Shown here piece by piece: positions 13,653 to 25,348 of a stretch of DNA of 64,000 bases; within the stretch, counting starts at the first letter, position 1, and each line of letters begins with the position of its first letter. The DNA comes from Felis catus (Eukaryota): assembly GCF_018350175.1 (NCBI RefSeq), contig NC_058368.1, positions 97,342,001 through 97,406,000 of the forward strand, read 5' to 3'. The notes beneath the pieces are model-generated. The model did not search any database. It saw only the letters and a program-made list of their open reading frames with translations, and was not told the origin of the DNA. The position numbers were made by a program, and so were the translations under genes.

Positions 13653-14359
13653 TTTAAATTTACCAAAATAGTTTGTTTTCTAAACCTAAGTGCTGATACC
13701 AATTCAATACTCTTAGTGTATTCTAAACTAATTCCCTTAGGAATCACCATTTTTCACTTGTACCTACCAAACTTGCAGTCTGATTCACCCCACTGCTTAA
13801 GCAGACCAGTCACAATAGTGTACATGAGACCCAGAAACAAAAAGCAAATCCCTACTAGTTAATAAAATAAATCAAGCAGGAATAGCTAAGGAGCTATGGT
13901 GCCCTGGACAGATCTCGCCCAACCCAAGGTCATGACCAATACTCAGCTCAACCAATACTGCTCAGAAAGGTACTCCCTGAACTGCTAGATCTTCGTATTC
14001 TCAAGGAAGCCAGAAATCTGGATTTTTGAGATTAAACCATCTTGATTTTTAACTGTTAGAACTAATTTAAAAGCTGGTAAAATACCAATTCAAAGCAAAA
14101 CATCTGTTGGCTGCCAATGTGTGGCTCTTGCATTCTTCTTAAACACCTGCAGTCTCCCCTCCATCCCTCTCTCATGATTTTATCCCCACCACTTTTTTTC
14201 TCCAGAATATCCAAACCTAAAGAATAAGGAAAGGTTAAAAATTTCAATAAAGGAGCTAGATGTTGTTAAAAGGTATAAACTTGGAACTAGAAGATGAATT
14301 AAGTTCTACAAATCAAATACACAGTATAGTGATTAGAGTCAACAGTAATGTACGATATG

Positions 14360-14848
14360 CAGATCTCCCTCAACTTACAAGAGGGTTACATTCTCATAAA
14401 CACATCAAAGCTGAAAATAACCTGAGTCAAAATGCATTTAATACACCCAACCTACCAAATACCATAGCTTAGCCAGGCCAACCTTAAATGTGCTCAGAAC
14501 ACTTATCTACTGTTGGGCAAAATCATCTAACAAAGACTATTTTTAGTAATGTTGAATATCTCACATAATTTATGGATTACTGTACTGAAAGCGAAAGACA
14601 GAATGGCTATATGGGCACAGAATGGCTGCAAATGCATTGGTTGTTACTCTCATGACCACACAGCTGATTGGGAGCTACAGCTCCCTGCTGCCATCCAGCA
14701 TCATGAGAATATCGTACCACATATCATCAGACCAGGAAAAAGTAAAAATTAAGAATTCAAAGTACAGATTCTACTAAATGCGTATTGCTCCCACACCACT
14801 GTCAAGTTGAAAAATCCTATGTTGAACCATCATAAGTCAGGGACCATA
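14360..14848 (+). mobile_element. MER47/Tigger5-type non-autonomous DNA transposon inside an L1 3'UTR fragment (~14260-15020)
   Basis: Resembles remembered MER47A consensus (aaaatgcatttaatacacc...cttaaatgtgctcagaacactta...gaaccatcataagtcagggacc); degenerate terminal inverted repeats. Confidence 0.8.
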
Positions 14849-15082
14849 CTTCAAATTTTCTGAGACTAGATCTTAAAACTTCTTTTTTCTCACCAGAAAA
14901 AAAAAGATATAATAATTATGTAATCAGAGCTAACACTACCAGTGCTAATCATACTGCATTATATAAATGTATCAAATCTTACATAATGTTATGTCAATAA
15001 TATCTCAATTTAAAAAAAAGGAGTTAGAGAATACTAAAGCACAGGCATCTTTTTACTAAGCTTGAAGTACAAATACTTCAGT

Positions 15083-15640
15083 TTAAAGTTTTTTTAATGC
15101 TTTTATTTATTTTGAGAGAGACAGAGACAGACAGAGCACAAGTGGGGGAGGGGCAGAGAGACAGGGAGACAGAATCAGAGGCAGGCTCCAGGCTCTGAGC
15201 TGTCAGCACAGAGTCCAACACGGGGCTCAAACTCAACTGCCAGATCATGACCTGAGCCAAAGTCGGACGCTTAACCCACTGAGCCACCCAGACACCTCTG
15301 AACATACTTCAATTTAAAAAATAAGAAAATCAGGGATGCCTGGCTGGCTTTGTCCATAGTGCATGAGACTTTAGTCCTCAGGGCCGTAAGTTAAAGCCTC
15401 ACATTGGGTGTGAAGCCTACTCTAAAGATAAATAAATAAGGGGCACCTGGGTGGCTCAGTCAGTTAAGCATCTGACTCCTGGTTTCAGGTCAGGTCATGA
15501 TCTCCCAGATTCATTAGATCGAGCCCCATGTGAGGTTCTGTGATGACAGCAAGGAGCTTATTTGAGATTATCTCTTTCCCTCTCTCTCTGCTTCTCCCAC
15601 TGACATTTAAAAATAAATAAATAAATAATAAATAAAAAGT
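15083..15640. mobile_element. SINE cluster: minus 15083-15300, short plus 15332-15438, plus 15440-15640
   Basis: Three recognisable SINE heads and tails. Confidence 0.85.
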
Positions 15641-15829
15641 ATGAAAATCTTGCAGCCTTGGTGGCTCCACTTCAACTAGTGACTACACCTACTCTACCAA
15701 CAAAATCATAAGGCTTCTTCAGCAAACAAAGAGCCAGGTCAAGTGCTGGCTGAGCTCAGGAGCCAGATGGACTGGAGCAGAGACTGAATTCTGTTACCTA
15801 ATTATTACTCCTTTCTCCTCATCATTTAT

Positions 15830-16880
15830 CTTTAAATTTTACTGAATTATAAATAACCTACAGTGTTATACTGGCTTCAGGACTACAACATAATGATTCG
15901 ACAATTCTACACATTACTAAGGGCTCACCATGATAAGTGTAGTCATATCTGTCACTGTGCAATGTTATTAAAATGTTATTGACTATATCTTTCAATATAT
16001 GCTGCACTTTTCAACTCTATGACTTATTTATTTTATAACTGCAAGTCTGCACCTCTTAATCCCCTTCACTTATTTCACCACCACCCACCCCTCACCTCCC
16101 CTCTGGCAACCACCAGTTTATTTTCCATATTTAAGAGACTGGGGGGTTTTTTGTTTCTCTCTTTGTCCATTTGGTTTTTTTTAGATTCCACATATAAGTG
16201 AAATCAGATGATATTTGTGTTTTTCTGTCTGATTTATTTCACCCTCTAGGTCCATGCGTGTAGTTAGTTGCAAATGACAAGATCTCTCTTTTTTTGGCGG
16301 AGGAATATTCCATTTTACATATGTACAAAAAATATATCACGTTATAATATTACAAATAATACACACACACACATATATGTATACACACATAACATATCCT
16401 TTATCCATTTATTTATAGATAGAACCTTGGGTTGTTTCCATATATTGGCTATTAAAAATAAAGCTGCAAAACACACAGGGGTGCATGTATCTTTTCAAAT
16501 TAGTGTTTTCATTTCCTTTGGGTAAACACCCAGTAGTGGAATTAATGGATCATATGGTAGTTCTATTTTCAACTTTTTGAGGAACCTCCATACTGTTTTC
16601 TACAGTAGCTTCACCAATTTACATTGCCACCAGCATACACAAGAGTCCCCTTTTCTTGACATCCTCATCAATACTTGTTATTTCTTGAATTTTTGATTCT
16701 AGCTATTCTGTTGGGTGTAAAGTGATATCTCATTGCGGTTTTTGATTCATATTTCCCCGATGATGGGTGATGTTGATCATCTTGTCATGTGTCTGTTGGC
16801 CAACTGTATGTCTTCTGTGGAAAAATATGTGTTTAGGTTCTCTGCCCATTTTTAATCCAATTATTTGGTTTTTTGGTGTT
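15830..16880 (-). mobile_element. L1 3' end
   Basis: Reverse L1 3'UTR/ORF2-end motifs (ttgaggaacctccatactgttttc, gattccacatataagtgaaatc). Confidence 0.88.
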
Positions 16881-17019
16881 GTACCTTCTCGTTATTTAAA
16901 AGCTAACAATATCACCAACTCTAGAATGCTGTCATGAGAAATAAATAAAATATCGCATGTAAAATACCTAGGCCTGACAGGTAACCTGCATGTGGTCAGT
17001 GTTCAAAAAATGTGTGCTA

Positions 17020-17205
17020 GGGGCACCTGGGTAGCTCAGTCTGTTAAGCATCTGACTCTTGATTTTGGCTCAGGTCATGATCTCACGGACCTGTGGAGCC
17101 TGCTTGATATTCTCTTTCCCTCTGCCCCTCTACCCTGCTCATGCACACATATGGGCACTAAATACATACATACATACATACATACATACATACATACATA
17201 CATAC
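17020..17205 (+). mobile_element. Internally deleted SINEC with (ATAC)n tail
   Basis: SINE head; about 10 ATAC units at 17162-17204. Confidence 0.82.
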
Positions 17206-17647
17206 TAAATATACTGGTGTGGTATATTATAATCGTTATAATTTTTTACTTTTGGGGGAAGAAAGCACTGGAGAAAGAAAAATTTCTGCCTCAGGGCCTG
17301 TGTCACTCTGTGTGCATGCCCTTGCCACTGTTTCCCTCCCTCAGACAAATTAAAAACTACTGCATATTTTGACATTATTCCATTATTCTTAGGACCAATG
17401 ATTTGCAAGTGGTTTCTAAGTCTTATCCTCAGACCCATGGCCTTATCTGTAGAAGATGTAAAAGTATAATTAAGATGCCTAGCATCTTTACTAGAATGAG
17501 ACCTTAACTCTTCCCAGTCAAGACTTTTACCACCATATCACCAACTAGTTTGCATTTTTTTAATAAAATAGAATATAAATTATTACAGCTAAAAGCCACC
17601 TAATGAAGTTGAACTTGTGACAATCATCTAAATATAAAAATACTCCA

Positions 17648-17865
17648 GGGGCACCTGGGTGGCTCAGTCAGTTAAATGTCCAACTTCGGCTCAGGTCATG
17701 ATTTCACAGCTGGTGTGTGCGAGCCCCACGTCGGGCTCTATGCTGACAACCTGGAGCCTGGAGCCTGCTTCGGATTCTGTCTCCCTTTCTCTCTGTCCCT
17801 CTGCCACTTGCACTCTGTCTCTCTCTCCCTCTTAAATATAAATAAACATTTAAAAAATTAAAAAA
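17648..17865 (+). mobile_element. SINEC
   Basis: TSD taaaaatactccag. Confidence 0.9.
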
Positions 17866-18518
17866 TAAAAAATACTCCAGCGCTTTGTTTGTTGGTTCCT
17901 AGTACATTCAGCACAATTTTTCTTAACCTCCCTAACTGCTTACCTGGTCCTTCCGAGAGCAACCACTGCTAATCTCTACAGGTTTGCCTCTTTCCACTCC
18001 CTCCTTTCCACCAAGCTGTCCATATACACTTTCTCTATACACTGCACTCCTGTACATCCTGTTCCCTCAAGAGGAACACACTCTTAATATGTATCCAGCA
18101 ATAACAAATTAATTTGGGATCTTTGAAAGAATATCCCATTCATGTTTCAGAGAACTTGTATTTCCAACTAGCAAGATTCTGCTGTGAAGTTAAACTGAGT
18201 TTGTACTTCCGGAATAAAACCAATTTTTGGAACTCCAAGACTATGACAATTACAGTAATACGTTTAGAGAAGTGAATACTGCTTAAAGTAAATGGCCAAA
18301 TAATTGTGACTTGCTGATCAAATCTAAGAATGAATTTTGGTTTTAAGAACTATTATAAGCATAAATGTAGGTAAGTTCATCCAGGAAACTAGTATAACCC
18401 TAACAGCTTAATGAAATAAAATATAAAGAGCCATCAATTAGCTTATATTTTACTGATAACACCTAAATATTCTCCAGACTTCTAGAATGATAATCTAACC
18501 AATTAAAATTAGTTGAAC

Positions 18519-18760
18519 AGGGCACGTGGGTGGCTCAGTCAGTTAAGTGTCTGACTTTGGCTCAGGTCGTGATCTCGCAGTTTGTGAGTTCAAGCACCGC
18601 ATCAGAGTCTGTGCTGACAGCTCAGATCCTGGAGCCTGCTTCGGATTCTGTGTCTCCCTCTCTCTCTGCCCCTCCCCCTCCTGTGCTCATGTTCTGTCTC
18701 TCTGTCGCTCTCAAAACAGCAAACATTTTAAAAAGTGTAAAAAAACTAATAATAATAAAA
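18519..18760 (+). mobile_element. SINEC
   Basis: SINE body; flanking taaaattagtt repeat. Confidence 0.88.
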
Positions 18761-18949
18761 TTAGTTAAACCAATTAAAATAAATAAAATGCATACTGTGC
18801 CAAAGGGGAGAAGAACTTTTAAACGGTACAAAATTTCAGTAGGAGAAGCAAAGTGCACAAATGTTGGAATGAATCATAATCCTAAAATATTAACTAAATG
18901 TAACTGGAAATAAACTAAAATCAAAGTCATTCTTATTTTCTAAAAAGCA

Positions 18950-19280
18950 GATTACGTTAGGGTGTAGGGATGGATGAAAAGGCAGAGCAAAGAAAATTTT
19001 AGGACAGTAACAATACTCTATAGTATACTATAATAGTGGATACATATTATTATGAAGTTTTCCAAAATCAAAATATGTACAACTCCAAGAGTGGACCCCA
19101 GTGTAAAACTATGCACATTGAATTATGATGATGTTCATCCATTTTAACAAATGTACCGCTCTGGAAGGGGACGCTGCTAACGAGGGAAGATACCAGGGTG
19201 GAGGCAGAACATAGGTCTCTACTCCTTCCACTCAATTTTGTTGTGAATCTAAGACTTCCCTAAAAAATAAAACCTATTAA
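18950..19280 (+). mobile_element. Old L1M 3'UTR fragment
   Basis: ttaacaaatgtaccgctctgg...actcaattttgttgtgaatctaa motifs. Confidence 0.65.
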
Positions 19281-20719
19281 GTGGAGCAGGGAGTGGACTG
19301 GAAAAACTTTAAATCTTCGCTAAGTGTAGGAGACTAATTTTCTTTAAAAAAAAAAAAAAACTATAGCATTTATAATCAGCAGTTCTAAATAGAGCAAAAA
19401 CTAGATGATAAAGCTAGCATGATAATTTAGCCTTGGGTTTATATTTGTAATAACTTGTCTTTTAGCATCCTAGTGACCCCTTTGCAGCACTGTTAAGTGT
19501 TATCTCCTAACACCTTTAGGGAGCTTGTTTAAATAAATTGTATTCGTACACCCCTTCCATTCAAACATGCAGTCCCTTCTAGACACAAATTATTCATCCT
19601 CCTCAAAAGTCTATATTGAATGTCTTACTCTCGATAGTACACTTAGGAGATATAAACAGATCCCTACACTCAAGATCCCTTCCTCTGGGGTCGTACAACC
19701 CAACCCTGGGAAAAGCCCAAAATGTCCAACATAAGATACTCCAAGCAATCAAGTAGTAAAGACATGAAACCAGTCTGGCCTTCTGTTCTCCTTCTTTGAA
19801 TTCTTTTCTCTTCCCTGGATTCTTCTCATCTTTCAAGTTTTAGTATAAATGCTATTTCCTCAGAAGTATTTCCTGATACCATCCTATTTTATGTCACAGC
19901 ATCCCATTCCTTTGCTTCATTGTTCGTTTGCTTTTGCTCTTCTGTTCCATAATTACATATTTGGTTGCTGGTTTATCTGTATCCAGTAACAGACTGAACA
20001 ACCCATGAGGGCACAGAATTCACCATATTACCAAGAATCTGCAAAGCATTCCATCAACACTGGTTAAATGAATGCATAGGTCTGGAGCTCAGGACAAAGG
20101 TCTGAGCTAGAAGTATTTGGGTATCGATCTTACCATGAAAACTGGTAAGATCACCTGCGGAAAATGTGTGGGTATAAGATAACAGAATCTAGAATCAAGA
20201 GCTGAAGAAGCCCAACATTTAGATTTTCAGAAGAACAGGCAAAGACGACGAGGGCAGACAAAGCAGATAAACCACAGGGAAACCAAAGAAATAGTGTTTG
20301 AAGAAGTCGGCATTCAACTCCAGAATGCCGCCGAGAGATCTAGTATAAAAGTGAAGAGAAAAAGATACAGTGGATTTCATTTGAGGGAGATTACTGGTGA
20401 CTTTAACGAGAGCCTTGTCAGGGCTGTGCAGGACGTAATAACAAACTGCTGAGCTATTCATTCCCAGGTGAGGAAGCAGAGGCACTATCTAACCGTTAAG
20501 ATTGTGGAAGGCAACAGAAAGACAGGTGATAGATGGAGACCTTCAGTAACCAAGCAAAAAGATCCTGAACACCCACAAGTTAAAGAGAATCGTGTATCTG
20601 AACAGCATGAAACGCAAACAAGCAGGGAAAGCAATCCTGAAGGACACCACCACAATGAGGTATCACTGAAACAACTGGGCATACTGTGAGCATTCAGGGC
20701 TAGTTATCGTTACCTGTTT

Positions 20720-20846
20720 AATAAATTGTCTCTTCATTAGACTGTAAGTGCCCCAATCAGGGCAGAGACCATGTCTGTGTTCTCCGTGCCTGAATTCCCC
20801 AGATCTAGCACAGTGCCTGGCACACAACAGGTGCTCAATAAATGAA
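20720..20846 (+). mobile_element. L2 3' end
   Basis: tagactgtaag...gggcagagaccatgtctg...agcacagtgcctggcacac...gtgctcaataaatgaat. Confidence 0.8.
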
Positions 20847-21221
20847 TTCAGAATTCAGAAAAAACAATCTTAACTATTCTCCTATCCACCTTGACTGTCT
20901 CCTCTAATTACTTTTGCTTTTTTTACTGTGAGATGACTATGTCACTCGAGCAGGAAAGTATTCATTACTGTAAGCATCACTGTCATTACCCCTTACTTCC
21001 CGTATCATACTCTTAAGTTTGTCAACAGCAGAACTCTCATCCCATGACACGTTCAGTGTCTTGCAGGAAGTAAGGCTAAACGCTCATGAACCTGAGTGAA
21101 CGGCTTCTTACTACAAGGCTGTAACAGCAATTTCACAGAGTGATTCCAAGGTCACCAGCGGACACACGCGCGGAGATGCCAGGGCAGCGCTCCCCTGGGT
21201 GGAGCCTGAGTAGCCGCCTTA

Positions 21222-21235
21222 CCAGCAGGGGGCGC
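21222..21235 (+). promoter_or_regulatory. Candidate CTCF site CCAGCAGGGGGCGC
   Basis: Matches the CTCF core consensus CCASYAGRKGGCRS at every position. Confidence 0.6.
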
Positions 21236-21296
21236 TGCAGCCTCCCCCGAAAGCCGCCGCCGGCCACGGGTCCCCGCCCCCCCGCTCTGCGGTCAC

Positions 21297-21514
21297 CTGC
21301 AGCGGCTGCACTCGGGCCTCCGCTCGGCGGGCTCCACCGGCAGCTCCCACAGCGCGTCCGCACAGGCGTCGTCCGCCTCCGCGCCCAGAAAAGCCGCCGC
21401 GGGCGCTGTGTTGCCCTCCGGCCCCTCCTCGTCGTCCGGCGTCTGAGACGTCGAGGGCCCACGCGGCCACGCGACAGGGTCCCCGGGTGTTCGCGCCTGT
21501 TTCTGCGGCTCCAT
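21297..21514 (-). CDS. DTWD2: DTWD2 coding exon 1 (DTW-domain tRNA-uridine aminocarboxypropyltransferase 2); 218 nt, ends in phase 2
   Basis: Translation [72 protein letters not shown] matches the remembered human DTWD2 N-terminus (MESQKEART...[19 protein letters not shown]). Kozak cctgccATGG; donor CAG|GTGACC at 21297/21296; lies in a CpG island. Confidence 0.93.
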
Positions 21515-22382
21515 GGCAGGCGCTCAGGTCCGGTTGTCACATTGAGTTCTCGCTGCCGCCGGGGGGCGCCACACTCTGGAGAAACCGCCTCGCGCCGCAC
21601 GTCGTCACGCACGCAGGCCACGTACGGGGGGCGGGTCTCCGAAGCCCAGGCACGAGGTCCCGCCCCTCAGAGAAATCGGGCCGAACCTATTGGTCAGTGC
21701 TCAGTGAGCTCTTAGACCAGGAAGGGAAGTGCGGATTGTCTTAGGAAGCAGGTAGGAATTAGGTACGCCTCTCCGGGACAGGAAAAAGGAAGTCCCTCCG
21801 CAAACACCTAAGACTGCAAACCCATAATCACCCCTTTAAAAGTGAAAATTAAATAGAATTCTGCATTTCCCACCTTAGGTTGGCAGTTTGGGAATTAAAC
21901 TAGTTGAGTGCACACCACACTTGATACACACTGGATGTACTTGATAGCGAAAGGCCAAAAAAGGAGAGGTTGTACCGACTGACGGTTGGTTTCTCTGCTG
22001 GGCCGCTTCATCCAAATTCTTGCTCTAGAAGGGCAGGGCTCTGTGTCCTGTACATCTTGGTATTCCTCCTCGGCATCAAGCATACTATTTTGCACTAGAC
22101 ACCAAATGTTCAATGAGGCTTTTCAGTTATCTGAGGCCCCCTAAGATAGGAAACAGGGCTGAGATTTTCTGCATGAGGGGGAAAAAAACCATAGAATGAT
22201 AACTACCTTGCCCAAGTTATTTACAGCTTCTGAATAACAGCAATGTAGCCTGCAGTTTGTTAAAAGCAAAGATGAAGTCCACCATAGAAAGAAAGCAGAA
22301 GTACTACTTGCCCAAAATGGGTGCTGATTTATTAAAATTTTATGTGACTTCTACCAGTATTCAACGTTTAAACAAAAAATTA

Positions 22383-22615
22383 GGGGCACCTGGGTGGCTC
22401 AGTCAGTTAAGCGCGGGACTTTGGCTCAGGTCATGATCTCACAGTTAGTGGGTTCCAGCCTGCCTCCGGCTCTGTGTCACAGCTCAGAGCCTGGAGCCTG
22501 CTTCAGATTCTGTGTCTGCCTCTCTCTCTGCCCCTTTCCCGCTTGCACTGTCTCTCTCTGTGTCTCTGTTTCTCTCTCTCTCTGTGTCTCAAAAACTAAA
22601 CATTAAAAAAAATTT
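22383..22615 (+). mobile_element. SINEC
   Basis: SINE head, CT tract and tail; TSD aaaaattag. Confidence 0.9.
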
Positions 22616-24351
22616 AAAAATTAGTTTTCATCAGTTCTTCAAGTTTTGCAATCACAATTATTTGATTCTAGAGCTATGAAGGAATTAAATATAAAACAAA
22701 GTAGATTTACCACTAACAGTAATAGAGGAGTATTGTGTATTTCTTAGGGTGTTTGTTTCAGTATGAGGTTTTCAGTCATCTTAAAACCAAGCTGATGAAT
22801 GGAATACAGGGCTATTATTTTTAATTATTCTGCATTCTTTCCCCCTGGAAACAGTACCTCTCATCTCTTTTTGGAGTACTCTAAGAAAGAGAAAAAAGCT
22901 GACAGACTCACCTGGTGATGGATGTAGGAAGGGAGAAAGAACTGACACTTAATGCCATCCGAAATGGTGAGATAATGAAAACCCAGAGACTGTAGAAAGA
23001 GAGGTGAATCAGAAAATAATGAAATATTGGCTGCAGATTTAGGTTGGAAAACCAATTCTTTAACTGCCAAAACTAAATTCTTGTGTGACAACCTTTAGAC
23101 AACTTTTCTCTGGTTTCAAGATGTGAAATGTTCTCTTAAGTCATTTAAAATTCCTCCCAGCTGTGAGATATGTGAGGGCAAATCAGTCCTGACAAGCCTA
23201 CTTATATTTGGCTTTCCCTTTAACCCAATCAGATGTCTGGCTTTACCTTTCAAAGTAACCAAAATCCAGTCATTTACCTCTTGTATTACTTCTGCCCTGG
23301 CTCAAGCCCCCATCATCTCTTGCTTAGAATATTGTCATAGGTACATAAATGGTCTCTTGCTCCACCCTTGCTTCTCTATAAATCTGTTCTCCCAGAGGTT
23401 AACCAGAATCAAAGAAAACTCCCATGCAGCAGGGATGCAGCCACAGTTGGGAGAAAAGAGTCATTCAGCCCTCTGGAAAGCAAGAAATTCGCCCAATATT
23501 CAAGTTTGTTAACCCTGGCCTTGAGAAGCCCAAGGATATGTACCACCTACCCAGCAGCTGCTACTTTATGTGAGGTTGCCCTCCTGGAATAGACTCATGT
23601 CAGAATTAAGACCATCAGTGACCCAATATCTGGGAAATGCCTAGACACCAAGAAGGGGCGCAAAAGTTCCTTTAAGCAACACTATCAATTTATGAGTGCA
23701 GGAATGTTGCAAGATAATCTATTAAAATGCTAATTTGTTTTGTTTATCTCCCAAATCCTAGTAGGTAACCTGCCTTCTTTGCCTCAGGAGAGTGTGAATG
23801 GTAAAAACTGATTAGAGACATCACAATATCAGGCCACCGTGTGGGTGTATGTCTGTGTGCATGTATGTGTATGTGTGTGTTAGGGTGCCGATGGGTAAGT
23901 GCCCTTGGGTAAAAGCAAAAACTCCTATGGGAAAGATTTGTCCTAACTGGGAGTGGGACAGAAAGCAACCAAAGTCACATCCCCACTCCCACCACGTTCC
24001 CCAGAGATGATTTAACATCCAGATAGGACAAATGAGGGAATGATTTCATGTGCTTCTACAGAGGGGATGAACCGATTCCAGCCTTGTAAAGATCCTAATG
24101 CTACCACCAGAATCCATGGGACCAGATAGTCAAAGACAATGGCATCTGACTGTGGCAAATGATGACAGACGGTTCCAGGAGCCTCCCTGAGGTTTCAACA
24201 CCTGGTTAGATCCTTGAGACCCTGAATGTCACTGGTAAGGAAAATGTCCTCAATAATGTCTGGGATTGAACACCCTGTCAGCTCAGCAGAATGAAGATTC
24301 AACATTGGATAAACTTTGATTGAAATGAAATAAAGATACAACATTTCTTGC

Positions 24352-24641
24352 TGTATTCACTTTCTATCGATGCTGTAAGAAAATTATCACAAATTTTGTG
24401 GCTTAAAACAACACACATGTATTATCTTATACTTGTGTGTTAGAAATCTGCCATAGATGTCATAGAGCTAAAATCTAAGTGGTGGCAGGCTGCATTCCTT
24501 TGGAAGCCCTAAAGAAGAATCCCTTTCTTTGCTCATCATTCAGGTTCTTGGCAGAATTCAGTTCCTTGTGGTTGTCATTTTCTTCCTGATATCAGCTGAG
24601 GGCTATTCCCAGCTTCTAGAGGTCACTGATGTCCTTTGACT
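24352..24641 (-). mobile_element. MLT1 (MaLR) LTR fragment
   Basis: gctgtaagaaaattatcacaaattttgtggcttaaaacaacac...ggcagaattcagttccttgtggttgt, typical MLT1. Confidence 0.75.
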
Positions 24642-24712
24642 TGTAGGAGAAGCAAACTGTTACCTTTACTAAATCTCTTAGGGTTCTTTTTGGCCCTAGA
24701 ATGAAATTGACA

Positions 24713-24935
24713 GGGGCGCCTGGGTGGCGCAGTCGGTTAAGCGTCCGACTTCAGCCAGGTCACGATCTCGCGGTCCGGGAGTTCGAGCCCCGCGTCAGGC
24801 TCTGGGCTGATGGCTCAGAGCCTGGAGCCTGTTTCCGATTCTGTGTCTCCCTCTCTCTCTGCCCCTCCCCCGTTCATGCTCTGTCTCTCTCTGTCCCAAA
24901 AATAAATAAACGTTGAAAAAAAAAAAAAAAGAAAA
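24713..24935 (+). mobile_element. Young felid SINE
   Basis: CpG-rich; TSD gaaattgaca. Confidence 0.95.
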
Positions 24936-24969
24936 GAAATTGACATAAGACAGATCAATAGGAGAAAAG

Positions 24970-25348
24970 TGTAAGGGTTAAATCGTGGTGTAGGGCTAAC
25001 CTGTAGCCTTAGGAAATAACAGATTAAGAGATAACAGCCTTGTTTTATCAATCAAGGGAACAAAAGTTCAAGGAAAATCAACTTGGATTAGTGTTTGATT
25101 GGATTGGAGCAAGAGCATGTCTGAACTGTTTCCGCCCCCATCTGGGAACTGTTTCTTTGCTCTGTTCCCAGGTGATGATAAGACGATGTGGTCGGCTATA
25201 AAAACTCTGTACCCCGGCTGTTGGGACCACACTCTGGTCAAGAGTGTGGGTCCTGATCGGTTGGCCTTGCCTCTCATTGCAATAAATTTTGTCGTGACTG
25301 TCACTGGTGCCCGTAGCATTCTGTTTCAGGAGTCGTGTGGATGCAACA
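24970..25348 (+). mobile_element. Solo ERV LTR (379 bp)
   Basis: TGTAAG...GCAACA termini; ATTGG x2, GC box, TATAAAA at 25197, AATAAA at 25281; flanks aaaag/gaaag. Confidence 0.82.

Larger units (their letters stand above)
1..21296 (-). other. DTWD2: DTWD2 intron 1 (continues beyond the left edge)
   Basis: Follows the exon-1 GT donor; no sequence encoding the expected exon-2 peptide (RPQKVCLCPF...) seen by eye. Confidence 0.75.
21150..21800 (-). promoter_or_regulatory. CpG-island, TATA-less promoter of DTWD2
   Basis: Only extended GC/CpG-rich non-repeat block in the window. GC boxes near 21626-21635 and 21660-21666, ATTGG (CCAAT on minus) at 21689, ETS-type GGAAG near 21725, 21744 and 21788, CGTCA/CACGT near 21598-21622. 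Confidence 0.85.

Noticed and set aside
21293..21514. 73-aa single-exon protein
   Set aside because: The TGA lies in the donor (AG|GTGA); this is exon 1 of a spliced gene.
21133..21744. Long overlapping ORFs (191, 162, 85 and 83 aa) at the CpG island
   Set aside because: Arg/Pro/Gly-rich frames expected from stop-poor GC-rich DNA; only the MEPQK frame resembles a known protein.
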